The notes: a model not told the origin generated them from the letters alone. 64,000 nt of DNA from an uncultured Chloroflexia bacterium (GCA_963712745.1 CAVQJC010000001.1:1-64000); one strand, 5' to 3'. Shown: positions 43,478-53,828, numbered from the stretch's first letter. Numbers and translations: made by a program.

Positions 43478-44485
43478 ATGGCCGACGTGTTCGAGCTCGT
43501 GCCCAAGGTCGAGCTGCATCTGCACCTCGAGGGAGCGATCCCGCCGGCTGCCCTGTGGGAGCTGGTCGAGGGCTACGGCGATCCGGGGACCCGGTCCCTC
43601 GTGGAGATGACGGCACGCTTCGAGTACCGAGACTTTGCCCACTTCATCGAGACCTGGCAGTGGATGCTGCCCTTCATCCGCACCGGCGACGACTGGACCC
43701 GGGTGGCCAGGGCGGTGGCTGCCTCGCTGGCCGATCAGCACATCGTCTATGCCGAGGCGTCGATCTCGCCCACCGATTTCCGCCAGCACCAGCTTCCGCT
43801 CGCGGAGATCGCGACCAGCGTGCGCCGGGGCCTCGACTCGGTGGCGGGAACCCGCGTGAACCTGCTCGTGGACCTGGTTCGAGACACCGGGCCGGAATGG
43901 TGCGGGCGCACCCTCGAGGAGGTCATCGAGGTCGCCGACGAAGCCGGCATCGTGGGCATCACCCTCGGTGGCATGGAGCAGCCCAACCCGCCGTGGCGCT
44001 ATCGGGACGTCTACCGGCGAGCCGGGGAAGCCGGGCTCGGGCGCAGCGTCCACGCCGGCGAGGCTGCCGGACCAGAGTACGTGTGGTCCGCCCTGCGCGA
44101 CCTCGGCGTCGACCGCATCGGCCACGGCGTACGCGCGGTGGAGGATCCGGCGCTCGTGGACCACCTCGTTACGCGTGGCGTGCCGCTGGAGGTCTGTCCG
44201 ACCTCCAACATCCGCACCGGCGTGGTCGCCTCGTGGGCGGAGCACCCGGTCATCGAGCTCGTGGAGCGTGGCGCGCGCGTGACCATCAACAGCGATGACC
44301 CCATGTACTTCGAGTGCACGCTGGCAGGTGACCTGCGCCGGGTGGCGAGCCTGACCGAGCTGGACGTCGAACGCCACACGCTCTACGCGGTCGAGGCATC
44401 TTTCGCGAGCGAGGCGGTCAAGCGGGACCTGACCGCGACCGTGGCCGGCTGGTGGCGGGCCGATCCGGCGGAGGCGATCTCGTGA
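43478..44485 (+). CDS. add: Adenosine deaminase
   Basis: PKVELHLHLEG, HAGE, RIGHG, EVCPTSN, NSDDP. Confidence 0.9.
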   Translation: MADVFELVPKVELHLHLEGAIPPAALWELVEGYGDPGTRSLVEMTARFEYRDFAHFIETWQWMLPFIRTGDDWTRVARAVAASLADQHIVYAEASISPTDFRQHQLPLAEIATSVRRGLDSVAGTRVNLLVDLVRDTGPEWCGRTLEEVIEVADEAGIVGITLGGMEQPNPPWRYRDVYRRAGEAGLGRSVHAGEAAGPEYVWSALRDLGVDRIGHGVRAVEDPALVDHLVTRGVPLEVCPTSNIRTGVVASWAEHPVIELVERGARVTINSDDPMYFECTLAGDLRRVASLTELDVERHTLYAVEASFASEAVKRDLTATVAGWWRADPAEAIS

Positions 44486-44850
44486 GCGATGCGAGCTGGC
44501 AGGCGCTGCCCCGTCGTGCCAGGGCGTTCCGCATCGCCCACGTCGCCTGGGGCATCGTCGCCCTGGTGGCGCTGGCCCACGTGTGGGAGTGCGCCATCAA
44601 ACGCCGCCGCGACCGGCCCCTGTGGGCCTCGATGGCGTTCCTGCTGGTCCAGGGGATGGCCCTGCTGATCGGCCGGGGCGACTGTCCGTTCGGTCCCTTC
44701 CAGCGTCGGCTGGGAGATCCTGTCCCGATGTTCGAGCTGGTCCTGCCGCCGCGGGCGGCCAAGGCCGCCATCCCGGTCCTCGCGGTGGTGGCCGTTGCCG
44801 GCATCGTGTCGGTCCTCCTCCGGCCCCCACGTCGCGACACGCGCCGGTAG
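44482..44850 (+). CDS. Small membrane protein
   Basis: Three hydrophobic segments, GDCP motif; GTG overlaps the add stop. Confidence 0.6.
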   Translation: MSDASWQALPRRARAFRIAHVAWGIVALVALAHVWECAIKRRRDRPLWASMAFLLVQGMALLIGRGDCPFGPFQRRLGDPVPMFELVLPPRAAKAAIPVLAVVAVAGIVSVLLRPPRRDTRR

Positions 44851-44851
44851 G

Positions 44852-45433
44852 CTACTCGCCCAGTGACAGGCCGGGTTCGATGGGATCCAGCACCGGCGGC
44901 GGCTCGCCTTCGTAGATGTAGCCCTCGAAGACGTACTCGCCCGCGCCCCAGTCAGTGACGTCCACGTACAGCACAAGGATGGCGGAGAGGCCCTCGTAGG
45001 CCCCCTCCCCGCTCAACGTCGCCAGCTCGACCCCCATCGGTCCGAACGACTCCGAGGGCATGGCCTCCGGGCTCGCGTCGAAGCCGTGGCCGCCACCGAC
45101 CCAGGCGCCGTCGGCATCCTCCAGTCGGTAGCTGATGGCGATGACTGATGGCCACACCGACCCTTCGGGGTGCAGGCCCTCACGTGTGTCCATGAGCGTG
45201 CGCGTCAACATCCGCGACGGGAGGCGGGGGTCGCTCCAGTCGACGTCACGCTCGCTGAGCAGGAGCAGTCGGTCGACATCGTCCGCCTCGACCGACTCCG
45301 GCGGCGGCCCGAAGGACTCGACGATCGTGCCACTGACGTACGACGCGACTGGCGTCTCGCCGTCGGCGGCGGCCGCACCGGCCACGCCGACCATCAAGCC
45401 CAGGGCGAAGACACCGATACAGAGGGTGCGCAT
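44852..45433 (-). CDS. Secreted hypothetical protein
   Basis: Signal peptide; LSGEGAYEGLSAIL; AGGAG SD. Confidence 0.65.
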   Translation of the reverse strand: MRTLCIGVFALGLMVGVAGAAAADGETPVASYVSGTIVESFGPPPESVEADDVDRLLLLSERDVDWSDPRLPSRMLTRTLMDTREGLHPEGSVWPSVIAISYRLEDADGAWVGGGHGFDASPEAMPSESFGPMGVELATLSGEGAYEGLSAILVLYVDVTDWGAGEYVFEGYIYEGEPPPVLDPIEPGLSLGE

Positions 45434-45623
45434 CTCGAGCTCCTCCAGCTACTACCCCCCATCCCAGTGGGCAACCGTCAAGGGCGCAAGGGTCGGAGGT
45501 CACCTTGTGCCTTCAGCCTGAGAGGCAGAGACGAGCACGGCTTCCGCCGCCGGGCTGTTTGACACTTGACCCCGCACCGTCGGGCTGCAGGATTCGGGTA
45601 TCCGACCAGGGGGGACAACGGAT

Positions 45624-47552
45624 ATGGGCCGCTTCGTCACCGCCACGCTGGTCGTGGCGCTCTCGCTCGGACCGGGAGCCACGTTCGCAGTCGAGGACGA
45701 GGCACCCGCGACCGGGGCCTTCAGCCGTACGGGTTCGCTCAGCGAAGCACGCTCCTCGTTGGGGGTGTACGGAGCGGTACCACTGGCCGACGGGCGCATC
45801 CTCGTGATGAACGGAGGCTGCCACGCCAGGAGCGCTCCGTCGTTGGAGGTCTGGGACCCCGAGACGGGCGAGTTCAGCTTGGCGGGGAGCCTCGCCACGG
45901 GCCGCTGCTACTACACGGCGACGCCACTGGAGGACGGTCGGGTACTCATCCTGGGCGGGGGTAGAAGTAACCAAGGCATGAGCCCCAGGGCCCAGTTGTG
46001 GGATCCGGAGACGGGAGCGCTCGAGGCCGCAGGCAAGCTGGACCCGCCCCGCGTCGGCCACACGGCCACGCGCCTGCAGGACGGATGGGTCCTCATCGTC
46101 GGCGGATCGAGTAGCACCGATACATACCGACCCCTCGCCTCCGCGCAGGTCTGGGATCCGGAGAATGAGCAGTTCAGCCCGACAGGCCCGATGGCGCACC
46201 CGCGGTCCGGACACACGGCCACCTTGCTGCCAGACGGTCGCGTCCTCGTGGTCGGTGGAGCGGACGGCGACCAGCGTGGGAGCGCGGAGGTCTGGGATCC
46301 GGCCACCGGCACGTTCAGTCCGACCGGCTCGCTCATCCGTCCGCGCTTCGAGGACTTCTCGGCGCTGCCGCTGGTCGATGGACGCGTCCTCATCACCGGA
46401 CCGGGCCACGACGAACGACCGCTGCTGGACGAGGCCTGGGACCCGGCCACCGGCACGTTCGCCACGACCCCTACGGTCGTCTGGTCGGATTACGAGAGCA
46501 CGGCCACGGTGCTGCCGGATGGCCGCATCGTGGTCATCGGTGGCGGCGATGAGTTCAATGGGGCGGACGTCTGGGACCCAGCGACGTGGTCGAGCGTGCC
46601 GGCGGGTGAGCTCATCCGCTCACGGGGACGGCACGCCGCCGCACTGCTGCAGGACGGCCGCGTCCTAGTGGTAGGTGGCGACGTCGCCGCAGCCGAAGTC
46701 TGGGACCCGCACGGGCTGCCGGTGCCGGTGAGCGAGGAGTTCGAACGGGTCGGGCTGCCCTCTGTCTTCGGGAACCGGGTTGGCGACCTCATCGTGCTCG
46801 ATGACGAGGGCTTCTGCTCCTACCTGCTGGGCGGGATCTGGAACCGCGCCTCGATCGTCCCCAGCGACCTCGTGCTCGGCCAGAGCAGCGACAAGCAGGC
46901 CGTGCAGGCCGCCGTCGACGCCAACGCCCAGTTCCCGGCTACCGACGGCGAGATGCTGGAGCGGTGTGCCCAGACGCTCCGCCGGTTCCGAACCGCGGAG
47001 CCCGACGCGCTGGCCCCGGAGTGGTCGAAAGACCACCCGGTCGTGCCGCAGGCGTTCGCAAGCCTGGTCACGGACGAAACGACCGGGGACGATGCACGGC
47101 CGCGGATGGAGCCCTCCGACCGCACCTCTCTCGAGTTGCAGATGCTCCTCGGCGTTCGCGATGACCTGCAGGGATCGTGCGTGCCCAGGCGCAGTGACCT
47201 CCCGACGGGCTCCATCGCGGCCATCCAGTGCACGCCACGAGCGCCCGGCATCGAGCGGGTCCGAATCTATCTGTTCGAGCGTAGGCTCGAACTCATGGAC
47301 GCCTACTTCGCCAGGCTCGCGCGGGCGGGCGCCACAGTCTCAAGACCGCACTACCCACAGGTGCAGGGGGCCTCTTTCGTGGACAGGACGGGGCGGGCTC
47401 ACTTCCTCATCCCGAGCGCGCCGAACACCCTGTTCGAGGTCATCGGGAGCGGACGCAACGCAGAACGGGCGCGCCTCTTCGCCCACTTGGGCAACCAGGA
47501 CCAGCCTGGTGGACCCACGCTCTGCTGCGACGGTGGGAGCCCTGAGAAATGA
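45624..47552 (+). CDS. Secreted Kelch-repeat protein with two extra C-terminal domains
   Basis: Signal peptide; seven repeats of xTATxLxDGRVLxxGG...WDP. Confidence 0.85.
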   Translation: MGRFVTATLVVALSLGPGATFAVEDEAPATGAFSRTGSLSEARSSLGVYGAVPLADGRILVMNGGCHARSAPSLEVWDPETGEFSLAGSLATGRCYYTATPLEDGRVLILGGGRSNQGMSPRAQLWDPETGALEAAGKLDPPRVGHTATRLQDGWVLIVGGSSSTDTYRPLASAQVWDPENEQFSPTGPMAHPRSGHTATLLPDGRVLVVGGADGDQRGSAEVWDPATGTFSPTGSLIRPRFEDFSALPLVDGRVLITGPGHDERPLLDEAWDPATGTFATTPTVVWSDYESTATVLPDGRIVVIGGGDEFNGADVWDPATWSSVPAGELIRSRGRHAAALLQDGRVLVVGGDVAAAEVWDPHGLPVPVSEEFERVGLPSVFGNRVGDLIVLDDEGFCSYLLGGIWNRASIVPSDLVLGQSSDKQAVQAAVDANAQFPATDGEMLERCAQTLRRFRTAEPDALAPEWSKDHPVVPQAFASLVTDETTGDDARPRMEPSDRTSLELQMLLGVRDDLQGSCVPRRSDLPTGSIAAIQCTPRAPGIERVRIYLFERRLELMDAYFARLARAGATVSRPHYPQVQGASFVDRTGRAHFLIPSAPNTLFEVIGSGRNAERARLFAHLGNQDQPGGPTLCCDGGSPEK

Positions 47553-47578
47553 GGGCGACCGAGCGAAGGAGAACGATC

Positions 47579-48499
47579 ATGCGGCGCACCGTCATCGCGA
47601 CACTGGTGCTGGCACTCGTTGCGGCTCCCGGAGCTGCGTCCGCCATCGACGACGATGCATCCACGTCCTTGAGCCCGCCCGCCGGGCTCACCTGCCAGGA
47701 CTACGTGACGAGCGAAGTGGCTAACGATCCCTTCGCCTTCGGGGCGGCGGCAGCGGTCAGTTGCCCCGGGACCGAATCAGAGGGGTTCCCCAGAGTCGAC
47801 TACCTGACGCTGTTCCGCTTCCCGGACGGGCCGACGATGGGCGAATACTGGGAATTCCGCAGCGACCAGAATCCGAAGCTGCCGAAGCGAGCAGAGGCCT
47901 GCGCCGACGGCAACAAGGGCTCCGCCGAATGGGCTCACGGCGACTACTTCTGCTACGTGTCCAAGTCAGGTGGTCACGCATTGCTGCGCTGGACCGACGA
48001 CCGCACGAACACGTACGGCGTGCTCGACGCTACCGATAGCAGCATCGCGCCGCTGTTCCGGTCGTGGACCAGGCTCCGAGGAGATGGGGCCAAGGCGCAC
48101 GATCTGGTCGCACCGGCCGAGGTAGCCCCGAGACCCGTCGAGGGGTTCGCCCAGGATGGCTTGCCCACGCTTGCCGGCCACACCACCGAGGACGGGGTCA
48201 TCGTCCTGCGCGACGAGGACTTCTGCGCATACCTGCTCGGCAGTATCTGGGGGCAGGACTCGGTCATCCTCACCGAACTCGTCTTCGTCGAGGGCACGGA
48301 CGATCGGTCGATCGAGAAGGCCGTCGAGACGTATGCGCAGAACCCACCGACCGACGAGTACGCGCTGGAGCGCTGCGTTGGGGCACTGAACCGGTACCGC
48401 ACGCGCGGTGGCGAGGTGATGCCCTTCCCGTGGTGGGCCAGCGAGAACCCGGTCATCCCCGAGGTCTTCGCGACGCTCTGGGGTGACGTGGAGCGATGA
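47579..48499 (+). CDS. Secreted hypothetical protein sharing a domain with the Kelch protein
   Basis: AGGAG SD, signal peptide, Cys-rich N-domain, FCAYLLGSIW domain. Confidence 0.7.
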   Translation: MRRTVIATLVLALVAAPGAASAIDDDASTSLSPPAGLTCQDYVTSEVANDPFAFGAAAAVSCPGTESEGFPRVDYLTLFRFPDGPTMGEYWEFRSDQNPKLPKRAEACADGNKGSAEWAHGDYFCYVSKSGGHALLRWTDDRTNTYGVLDATDSSIAPLFRSWTRLRGDGAKAHDLVAPAEVAPRPVEGFAQDGLPTLAGHTTEDGVIVLRDEDFCAYLLGSIWGQDSVILTELVFVEGTDDRSIEKAVETYAQNPPTDEYALERCVGALNRYRTRGGEVMPFPWWASENPVIPEVFATLWGDVER

Positions 48500-48630
48500 C
48501 GAGACATCCGGGATCGACCGCACTCGTGGCACCAGTTTCGAACTCGCGCGCACCCCTGACACGGGCGCGACCCGGGCTGCGCCACTCCGCGGACAAGGTG
48601 CGACACCGCAGGACCCTTGAAGGTCGGGGG

Positions 48631-48707
48631 TGGTGGGCGATACTGGATTCGAACCAGTGACCTCGCGGATGTGAACCGCGCGCTCTAACCAACTGAGCCA
48701 ATCGCCC
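48631..48707 (-). tRNA. tRNA-Val(CAC)
   Basis: GGGCGATTGGCTCAGTTGGTTAGAGCGCGCGGTTCACATCCGCGAGGTCACTGGTTCGAATCCAGTATCGCCCACCA; anticodon CAC, encoded CCA; TATACT -10 at 48719-48724. Confidence 0.97.
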
Positions 48708-48832
48708 GTGGGACGAAGAGTATAGCCCGCTCACAGCGGAACGCCCGACGGCCCGAGCGCCAGGCTGAGCTGGGCCGTCCGGCCCTTGACGGTCCCGGCT
48801 CGCAGCGCGGGATGATGCCCGTGAGGCACGCG

Positions 48833-49435
48833 ATGCGACCAGCGACAACGGGAATAGCAGTGGTCATCATCCTGGTGATGGTGCTCATGTCCTGCTCGCT
48901 CGAGCAGCGGTCCGACCGGGCGCAGATCACGGTCGACCCGGCCGGCCGGGTCGAGTCTGTCGAGATCGGCATCGCGCTGACGTTCCCGGAGGACTGGCAG
49001 GTAGAGGCGTGGCCGGCCAGCTCGACTGAGCCGTTGACGTCGATCCGCGAACCCGACCTGCGCGAGCTGATCATCCCGGTCGTAGCGGCTGTGCCCCCGA
49101 CGAGGCACGACCGCTGCGTGCTCGTGGACCTGGGCCCGCTCGTGGAGGCACAGGCAGGCTGGACGACGCTCGAAGAGGTGGTGGGCGGGTTGCGGCAGCT
49201 GCTCGAAGCTGATGGCCGCTGGGTCGCCTTCGGAAGCACGGTCGTCGACCTGCCCGCCGGTCCTACCGGACGCATCCAACGGGTCCGCGACGGCGAAGCG
49301 GAGTCAGTCAGCAGCTATGTCTTCACACGGGCCGAGGCATGGTTCCTGCTCGAATGCGTCGTCCACGAAGTCCTCACCGAGGACTGGCGCTCCATCGCCC
49401 GGACGTTCGAGTTCCTCGCGCCTGTCCCCGTGTGA
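48833..49435 (+). CDS. Hypothetical lipoprotein
   Basis: Hydrophobic N-terminus ending LMSC; LTFPEDW...IARTFEF. Confidence 0.6.
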   Translation: MRPATTGIAVVIILVMVLMSCSLEQRSDRAQITVDPAGRVESVEIGIALTFPEDWQVEAWPASSTEPLTSIREPDLRELIIPVVAAVPPTRHDRCVLVDLGPLVEAQAGWTTLEEVVGGLRQLLEADGRWVAFGSTVVDLPAGPTGRIQRVRDGEAESVSSYVFTRAEAWFLLECVVHEVLTEDWRSIARTFEFLAPVPV

Positions 49436-49507
49436 TCAAGCCCACCCGCCGCCCGGCGCTGAACCGGCTCGCTGCAGGACACGCGACGGCGAGGCGGCCG
49501 TGCACGG

Positions 49508-49798
49508 CTACGCGCGGGCGATGCTCGCTCCGGGCCAGCGTCGCGTGACCTGGCTGACGGTCACGCCCTCGATGCGCACACGCTTGTGGCGGCTGGCCGC
49601 ACCGCTCACCAGGGAGACAGCACCCTTGGGCAGGCCCAGGGTCCTGGCCAGCAGCTTGAGCGCAGCCTTGTTGGCAGCACCATCGGCCGGGGCTGCGGTG
49701 ACCCGCAGTCGGATGGCACCCTCGGCGTCGACCTCCTCGACCGCGTCGTGACTCGACCGTGGCGTCACGCGGACGGCCACGATCAGCGCCTCACTCAC
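49508..49798 (-). CDS. yggU: DUF167 protein
   Basis: VRVTPRS, VTAAPADGAANKAAL, SGAASRHK. Confidence 0.85.
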   Translation of the reverse strand: MSEALIVAVRVTPRSSHDAVEEVDAEGAIRLRVTAAPADGAANKAALKLLARTLGLPKGAVSLVSGAASRHKRVRIEGVTVSQVTRRWPGASIARA

Positions 49799-50046
49799 AG
49801 GTACCAGGTCATGCGCATGAGCAGGCCCAGCCCGATGAGCAGCACCAGCGGCGAGAAGTCGAACGAGCCCGACTGTGGCAGCACGCGTCGGATGGGTGCG
49901 AGGAAGGGCTCGGTCAAGCTGAAGAGGAACTGGCCCAGGGGCTTCTCGAACTGGGGGTCGACCCAGCTGAAGAGCACGCGCCCCAGCATCACCACCCAGG
50001 CCGTGGTCACGAGCGACTGCAGCAGGATGCGGAGGAAGTCTTCCAC
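49795..50046 (-). CDS. yggT: YggT family membrane protein
   Basis: LFSW, LTEPFLAPIRRVLP, DFSP. Confidence 0.9.
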   Translation of the reverse strand: MEDFLRILLQSLVTTAWVVMLGRVLFSWVDPQFEKPLGQFLFSLTEPFLAPIRRVLPQSGSFDFSPLVLLIGLGLLMRMTWYL

Positions 50047-50056
50047 GGCTCGGTGC

Positions 50057-50749
50057 TCAGCTGATGGGAGGGCGCTCTCCGAAGAGCGCCCGGCCGACCC
50101 GCACGACCGTACTGCCTTCCTCGATGGCGGCCTCGTAGTCGTCGGTCATACCCATGGACAAGCCAGGACCCAGGCGTGGGTCGGAAACCCGCAGGCGCTC
50201 GGAGAGCTCGCGCAGGCGGACGAAGGTGGGGCGAGCCTCCGCAGCGCCGCCGGTCAGCCAGCCCACGGTCATGAGACCGGCCACCTCGACGTTGGCCAGG
50301 TCCAGGACATCGGCCAGCTCGCGCTCCAGCGCATCCGGCGCGAAGCCGGCCTTGGCCGGGTCGGCATCGACGTTGACCTGCAGGTAGACCGGTAGCCGCC
50401 CAGCGCCGCGCCAACCGTGCTCGCCCACCAGGCGGTCCAGCCGGGTCGCCAGGGCCAGTGAGTCCACCGACTCGATGACGTCGAAGAGCTCGATGGCCCT
50501 GGCTGCCTTGTTCTTCTGCAAGTGGCCCACCAGGTGCCAGGTGGCCGGGGCCAAGGCGGGGATCTTGCCGGCCGCCTCCTGCACCCGGTTCTCCCCGAAC
50601 AGGTCGATGCCGGCGGCCTGGGCCAGGCGCAGCCGTTCGGCCGGGACGGTCTTGGAGATGGCTACGAGAGTCGCGGCGCCGGCCGGGCGACCCGAACGCA
50701 CGCAGGCCGCCGCCATTCGCCCGCGGACATCGGCGCGGGCGGCGGCCAA
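50057..50749 (-). CDS. yggS: PLP homeostasis protein
   Basis: VAISKT, FGENRVQE, WHLVGHLQKNK, LSMGM, VRVGRALFG. Confidence 0.92.
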   Translation of the reverse strand: MAAARADVRGRMAAACVRSGRPAGAATLVAISKTVPAERLRLAQAAGIDLFGENRVQEAAGKIPALAPATWHLVGHLQKNKAARAIELFDVIESVDSLALATRLDRLVGEHGWRGAGRLPVYLQVNVDADPAKAGFAPDALERELADVLDLANVEVAGLMTVGWLTGGAAEARPTFVRLRELSERLRVSDPRLGPGLSMGMTDDYEAAIEEGSTVVRVGRALFGERPPIS

Positions 50750-50803
50750 CTCGGAGACGGCCCGCTCGTCGAGCGGGCCCAGTTCAGTGTTCGTTGGTAC
50801 GGG

Positions 50804-52021
50804 TCAGCGGCTGCGGCGGAGGAACGCGGGGATGTCGAGGTCCTCTTCCTTGGAAGAACCCCGGGATTCGCCCGCGGCCACGGGCTGGCCCGTCGAGACC
50901 GGCACGGCCACGGCCTGCCTGGCTTCGCCCTGGCCCTCGGACTCGGCCTTGTCGCCGGCCGCCGTGCGCTGGCGCGCCAGCTCCTGCATGAAGTCGCGGT
51001 TGTCGAGCCCGGCCTGGACACCGGCATCGACGCCTTCCTCGGCACCGACCTGCAGGTACGAGGCCTGGCGGTTGTGGTCGAAGCCGGTGGCGATGACTGT
51101 GATCTGCAGGTCCTCACCCATGCGCTCGTCGATGACCGTACCGAAGATGATGTTGGCCTCCGGGTCGGCCATCTCCTTGATGATCTCCGCGGCCTCGTCG
51201 ATCTCGAAGAGGCCCAGGCTGGGACCACCGGTGACGTTGAAGAGCACGCCCTGGGCGCCACTGATGCTGACCTCGAGCAGGGGGCTGCTGATGGCCTCGC
51301 GCGCCGCCTCCGCAGCGCGATCGGGTCCGCTGGCGCGGCCGATGCCCATGAGCGCCGAGCCGGCCGAGCGCATGACAGCGCGCACGTCGGCGAAGTCGAG
51401 GTTGATGAGGCCGGGCACGGTGATGAGGTCGCTGATGCCCTGCACGCCCTGGCGCAGGACGTCGTCGACGACGCGGAAGGCGTCGACGATGGAGGTCTCC
51501 TCGCTGACCACCTCCTTGAGGCGATCGTTGGGGATGGTGATGAGCGTGTCGACCTTGTCGCGCAGCAGCTCGGCCGACTTCTCGGCGTTGAGGCGGCGAC
51601 GGGCGCCTTCCCAGCTGAAGGGCTTGGTCACCACGCCGATGGTCAGAGCACCCATGTCGCGCGCGATCTCGGCGATGACGGGTGCGGCTCCCGACCCGGT
51701 CCCACCACCCATGCCGGCGGTGATGAAGACCATGTCGGAGTCACGGAGGGCGTCGGCGATCTTCTCGGAGTCTTCCTCGGCGGCACGCTGGCCGATGGAG
51801 GGGTCGCCGCCGGCGCCGAGGCCGCGGGTGATCTTGTCGCCGACGCGGATCTTGTTGGGCGCGTCCGACTGCAGCAGGGCTTGGGCATCGGTATTGACAG
51901 CGATGAACTCCACGCCCATCAGCTCGGCCCGGATCATGCGGTTGACGGCGTTGCTGCCACCACCGCCGACCCCGATCACACGGATGAGAGCGAAGTTCTC
52001 TGAGTCAGAACGCAACGGCAT
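50804..52021 (-). CDS. ftsZ: Cell division protein FtsZ
   Basis: [29 protein letters not shown] tail. Confidence 0.97.
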   Translation of the reverse strand: MPLRSDSENFALIRVIGVGGGGSNAVNRMIRAELMGVEFIAVNTDAQALLQSDAPNKIRVGDKITRGLGAGGDPSIGQRAAEEDSEKIADALRDSDMVFITAGMGGGTGSGAAPVIAEIARDMGALTIGVVTKPFSWEGARRRLNAEKSAELLRDKVDTLITIPNDRLKEVVSEETSIVDAFRVVDDVLRQGVQGISDLITVPGLINLDFADVRAVMRSAGSALMGIGRASGPDRAAEAAREAISSPLLEVSISGAQGVLFNVTGGPSLGLFEIDEAAEIIKEMADPEANIIFGTVIDERMGEDLQITVIATGFDHNRQASYLQVGAEEGVDAGVQAGLDNRDFMQELARQRTAAGDKAESEGQGEARQAVAVPVSTGQPVAAGESRGSSKEEDLDIPAFLRRSR

Positions 52022-52294
52022 GTAATTGATCCCTCCAGATCGCGCACCAGGCACCTGCAGCCCATCGGGCCACCCGCACGGTCAGGGGCAACTCCTGAAG
52101 ACCACCTGGTCGGTTCGGCCGAGTATATCCTCGGTCCCCGACTCAGGGATAGTCCCGTAGGTCGCCGGCTCCGAGCGTGCGTGCAGGGAGGCCTCCCGTT
52201 CTTGGCGCCTTTGGTCAACGGGCGGACGGATGGTGCTGCAGGGCGATGCCCGGAACGCCTGGCACGGGACCCTGAGCCTCAGAGCCCGCCGTCC

Positions 52295-52391
52295 TGGCGC
52301 ATGGCCGTGCTGTTGGCGCGTGGCCATGCCGTGGCGCACGGCCGTGCCGTTGGAGCGTGGCCGTGCCGTTGGCGCGTGGCCGTGCCGTGGC
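52295..52391. repeat. Five tandem 18-19-bp repeats
   Basis: Consensus TGGCGCGTGGCCGTGCCGT at 52295, 52314, 52332, 52351 and 52370. Confidence 0.85.
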
Positions 52392-52405
52392 AGATCAGCG
52401 GCTCT

Positions 52406-52552
52406 TCCCGCTGGACGGGACAACACTGCCAGCACGACCGCGGAAGCTCACGACGGTCCCGTTGGGCGGGAACCGCGGGCGCTTCTTCCCGTTGGGCGGG
52501 GATGCCGGGCAGGTTCGGCGCTTGGGTCGTCGAGTTCTCCCGTTGGACGGGA
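52406..52552. repeat. Four spaced palindromic REP-like repeats
   Basis: TCCCG-YTGGR-CGGGR at 52406, 52457, 52487 and 52538. Confidence 0.8.
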
Positions 52553-52592
52553 ACCACCATGGCTACTGCGGGCCCACGGGCGACGGCTGCAG

Positions 52593-53828
52593 CTAGGGGA
52601 AGAAGCGGCGCACCACCTCGCGCACGCGATCCCAGTTCTGGGCGCGTGGCGGTGGCTCGTAGCGCAGCAGGTCCTCGGTGGTGACCACGTGGGCCGCCCA
52701 CAGCAGCAGGCCGATGGCCGTCGCGTAGCTCGGCGTGAGCAGGTGGTCGGTGAGCCCGCCGACGCCCTCCGGCGCCGCCACCCGCACCGGGACCTGGAGC
52801 ACATCGCGGGCGAGCTCGGCGGCGTTGGCCAGCTGGGCTGCACCACCGGTGAGCACCAGTCCGGCGGGCAGGCGGTGAGCGCTGGCGTTGTCCGACAACT
52901 CCTCGCCGATCTTCTCGAAGAGCTCGCGCATGCGCGCGTCGATGATCTCGGTCACGTCCGCCTTGCGCGCCGGACGCGCCACACCGTCGTCGATGATCTC
53001 GACCGCAGCCTCGCTGTCGTCGGGGGCCGACATGGCCTCCTGCGAGCCGAACTGCATCTTCAGCTGTTCAGCCGCGGTCAGGTTCGTGCGCAGGCCGATG
53101 GCGATGTCGTTGGTCACGTTGACGCCACCGAGCGGGATGACCGAGGTGTAGAAGGGCGTGCCATCGGCGTAGAGCGCAAGGTCGGTAGTGCCCGCCCCGA
53201 TGTCGGCCACGGCCACGCCCAGCTCCTTCTCGGTCTCGCTCAGCACCGCCTCGCCCGAGGCGATGGAGGAGACGACGAGCTCATCGGGCCGCATGCCCGC
53301 GTGTCGTACGCACTTGGTCAGGTTCTGCAACGCCGTGGCGCCGCCGTGGACGATGTGTGTGGTGACCTCGAGGCGGATGGCGCTCATGCCCTCGGGGTCC
53401 TTCACGCCCTCCTGGCCGTCGACGGTGAAGTCGCGCGGCAGCACGTGCAGGACCTCCCGGTTGGAGGGGATGGTCACCGCCCGCGCGACCTCGGTGGCGC
53501 GCTCGATATCCTCGCGCGTGACCTCGCGATGGGCGCCGCTGACCGCGACCGTGCCGCGCGAGTTCAGCGACTCGAGGTGATCGCCGCCGACGCCGACGAA
53601 GGCGGCCTCCAGCCGCAGGCCCGACAGTCGCTCGGCCTGCTCGATGGCACCGCGGATCGAGGTGACGGTCTGGTCGATGTTGTTGACGAGGCCCTTCTTG
53701 ACCCCGGTCGTGGGCATCGTGCCCTTGCCGATGATGTCCAGCGTGCCATCGTTGGTGACTTCGCCGACGAGCACGACGACCTTGCTCGTACCGACATCGA
53801 GCGCCACCAGGATCGCTTCGATCTCCAA
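52593..53828 (-). CDS. ftsA: Cell division protein FtsA
   Basis: LDVGTSKV, DIGAGTT, VLTGG, amphipathic C-terminal helix. Confidence 0.95.
   Translation of the reverse strand: MEIEAILVALDVGTSKVVVLVGEVTNDGTLDIIGKGTMPTTGVKKGLVNNIDQTVTSIRGAIEQAERLSGLRLEAAFVGVGGDHLESLNSRGTVAVSGAHREVTREDIERATEVARAVTIPSNREVLHVLPRDFTVDGQEGVKDPEGMSAIRLEVTTHIVHGGATALQNLTKCVRHAGMRPDELVVSSIASGEAVLSETEKELGVAVADIGAGTTDLALYADGTPFYTSVIPLGGVNVTNDIAIGLRTNLTAAEQLKMQFGSQEAMSAPDDSEAAVEIIDDGVARPARKADVTEIIDARMRELFEKIGEELSDNASAHRLPAGLVLTGGAAQLANAAELARDVLQVPVRVAAPEGVGGLTDHLLTPSYATAIGLLLWAAHVVTTEDLLRYEPPPRAQNWDRVREVVRRFFP

Noticed and set aside
44850-48707. tRNA-Val-anchored genomic island
   Set aside because: I found no duplicated tRNA 3' end and no integrase nearby; kept only as a variable-looking region.
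52406-52552. CRISPR array
   Set aside because: Repeats are only ~15 bp, spacer lengths are irregular and there are no cas genes in the window.
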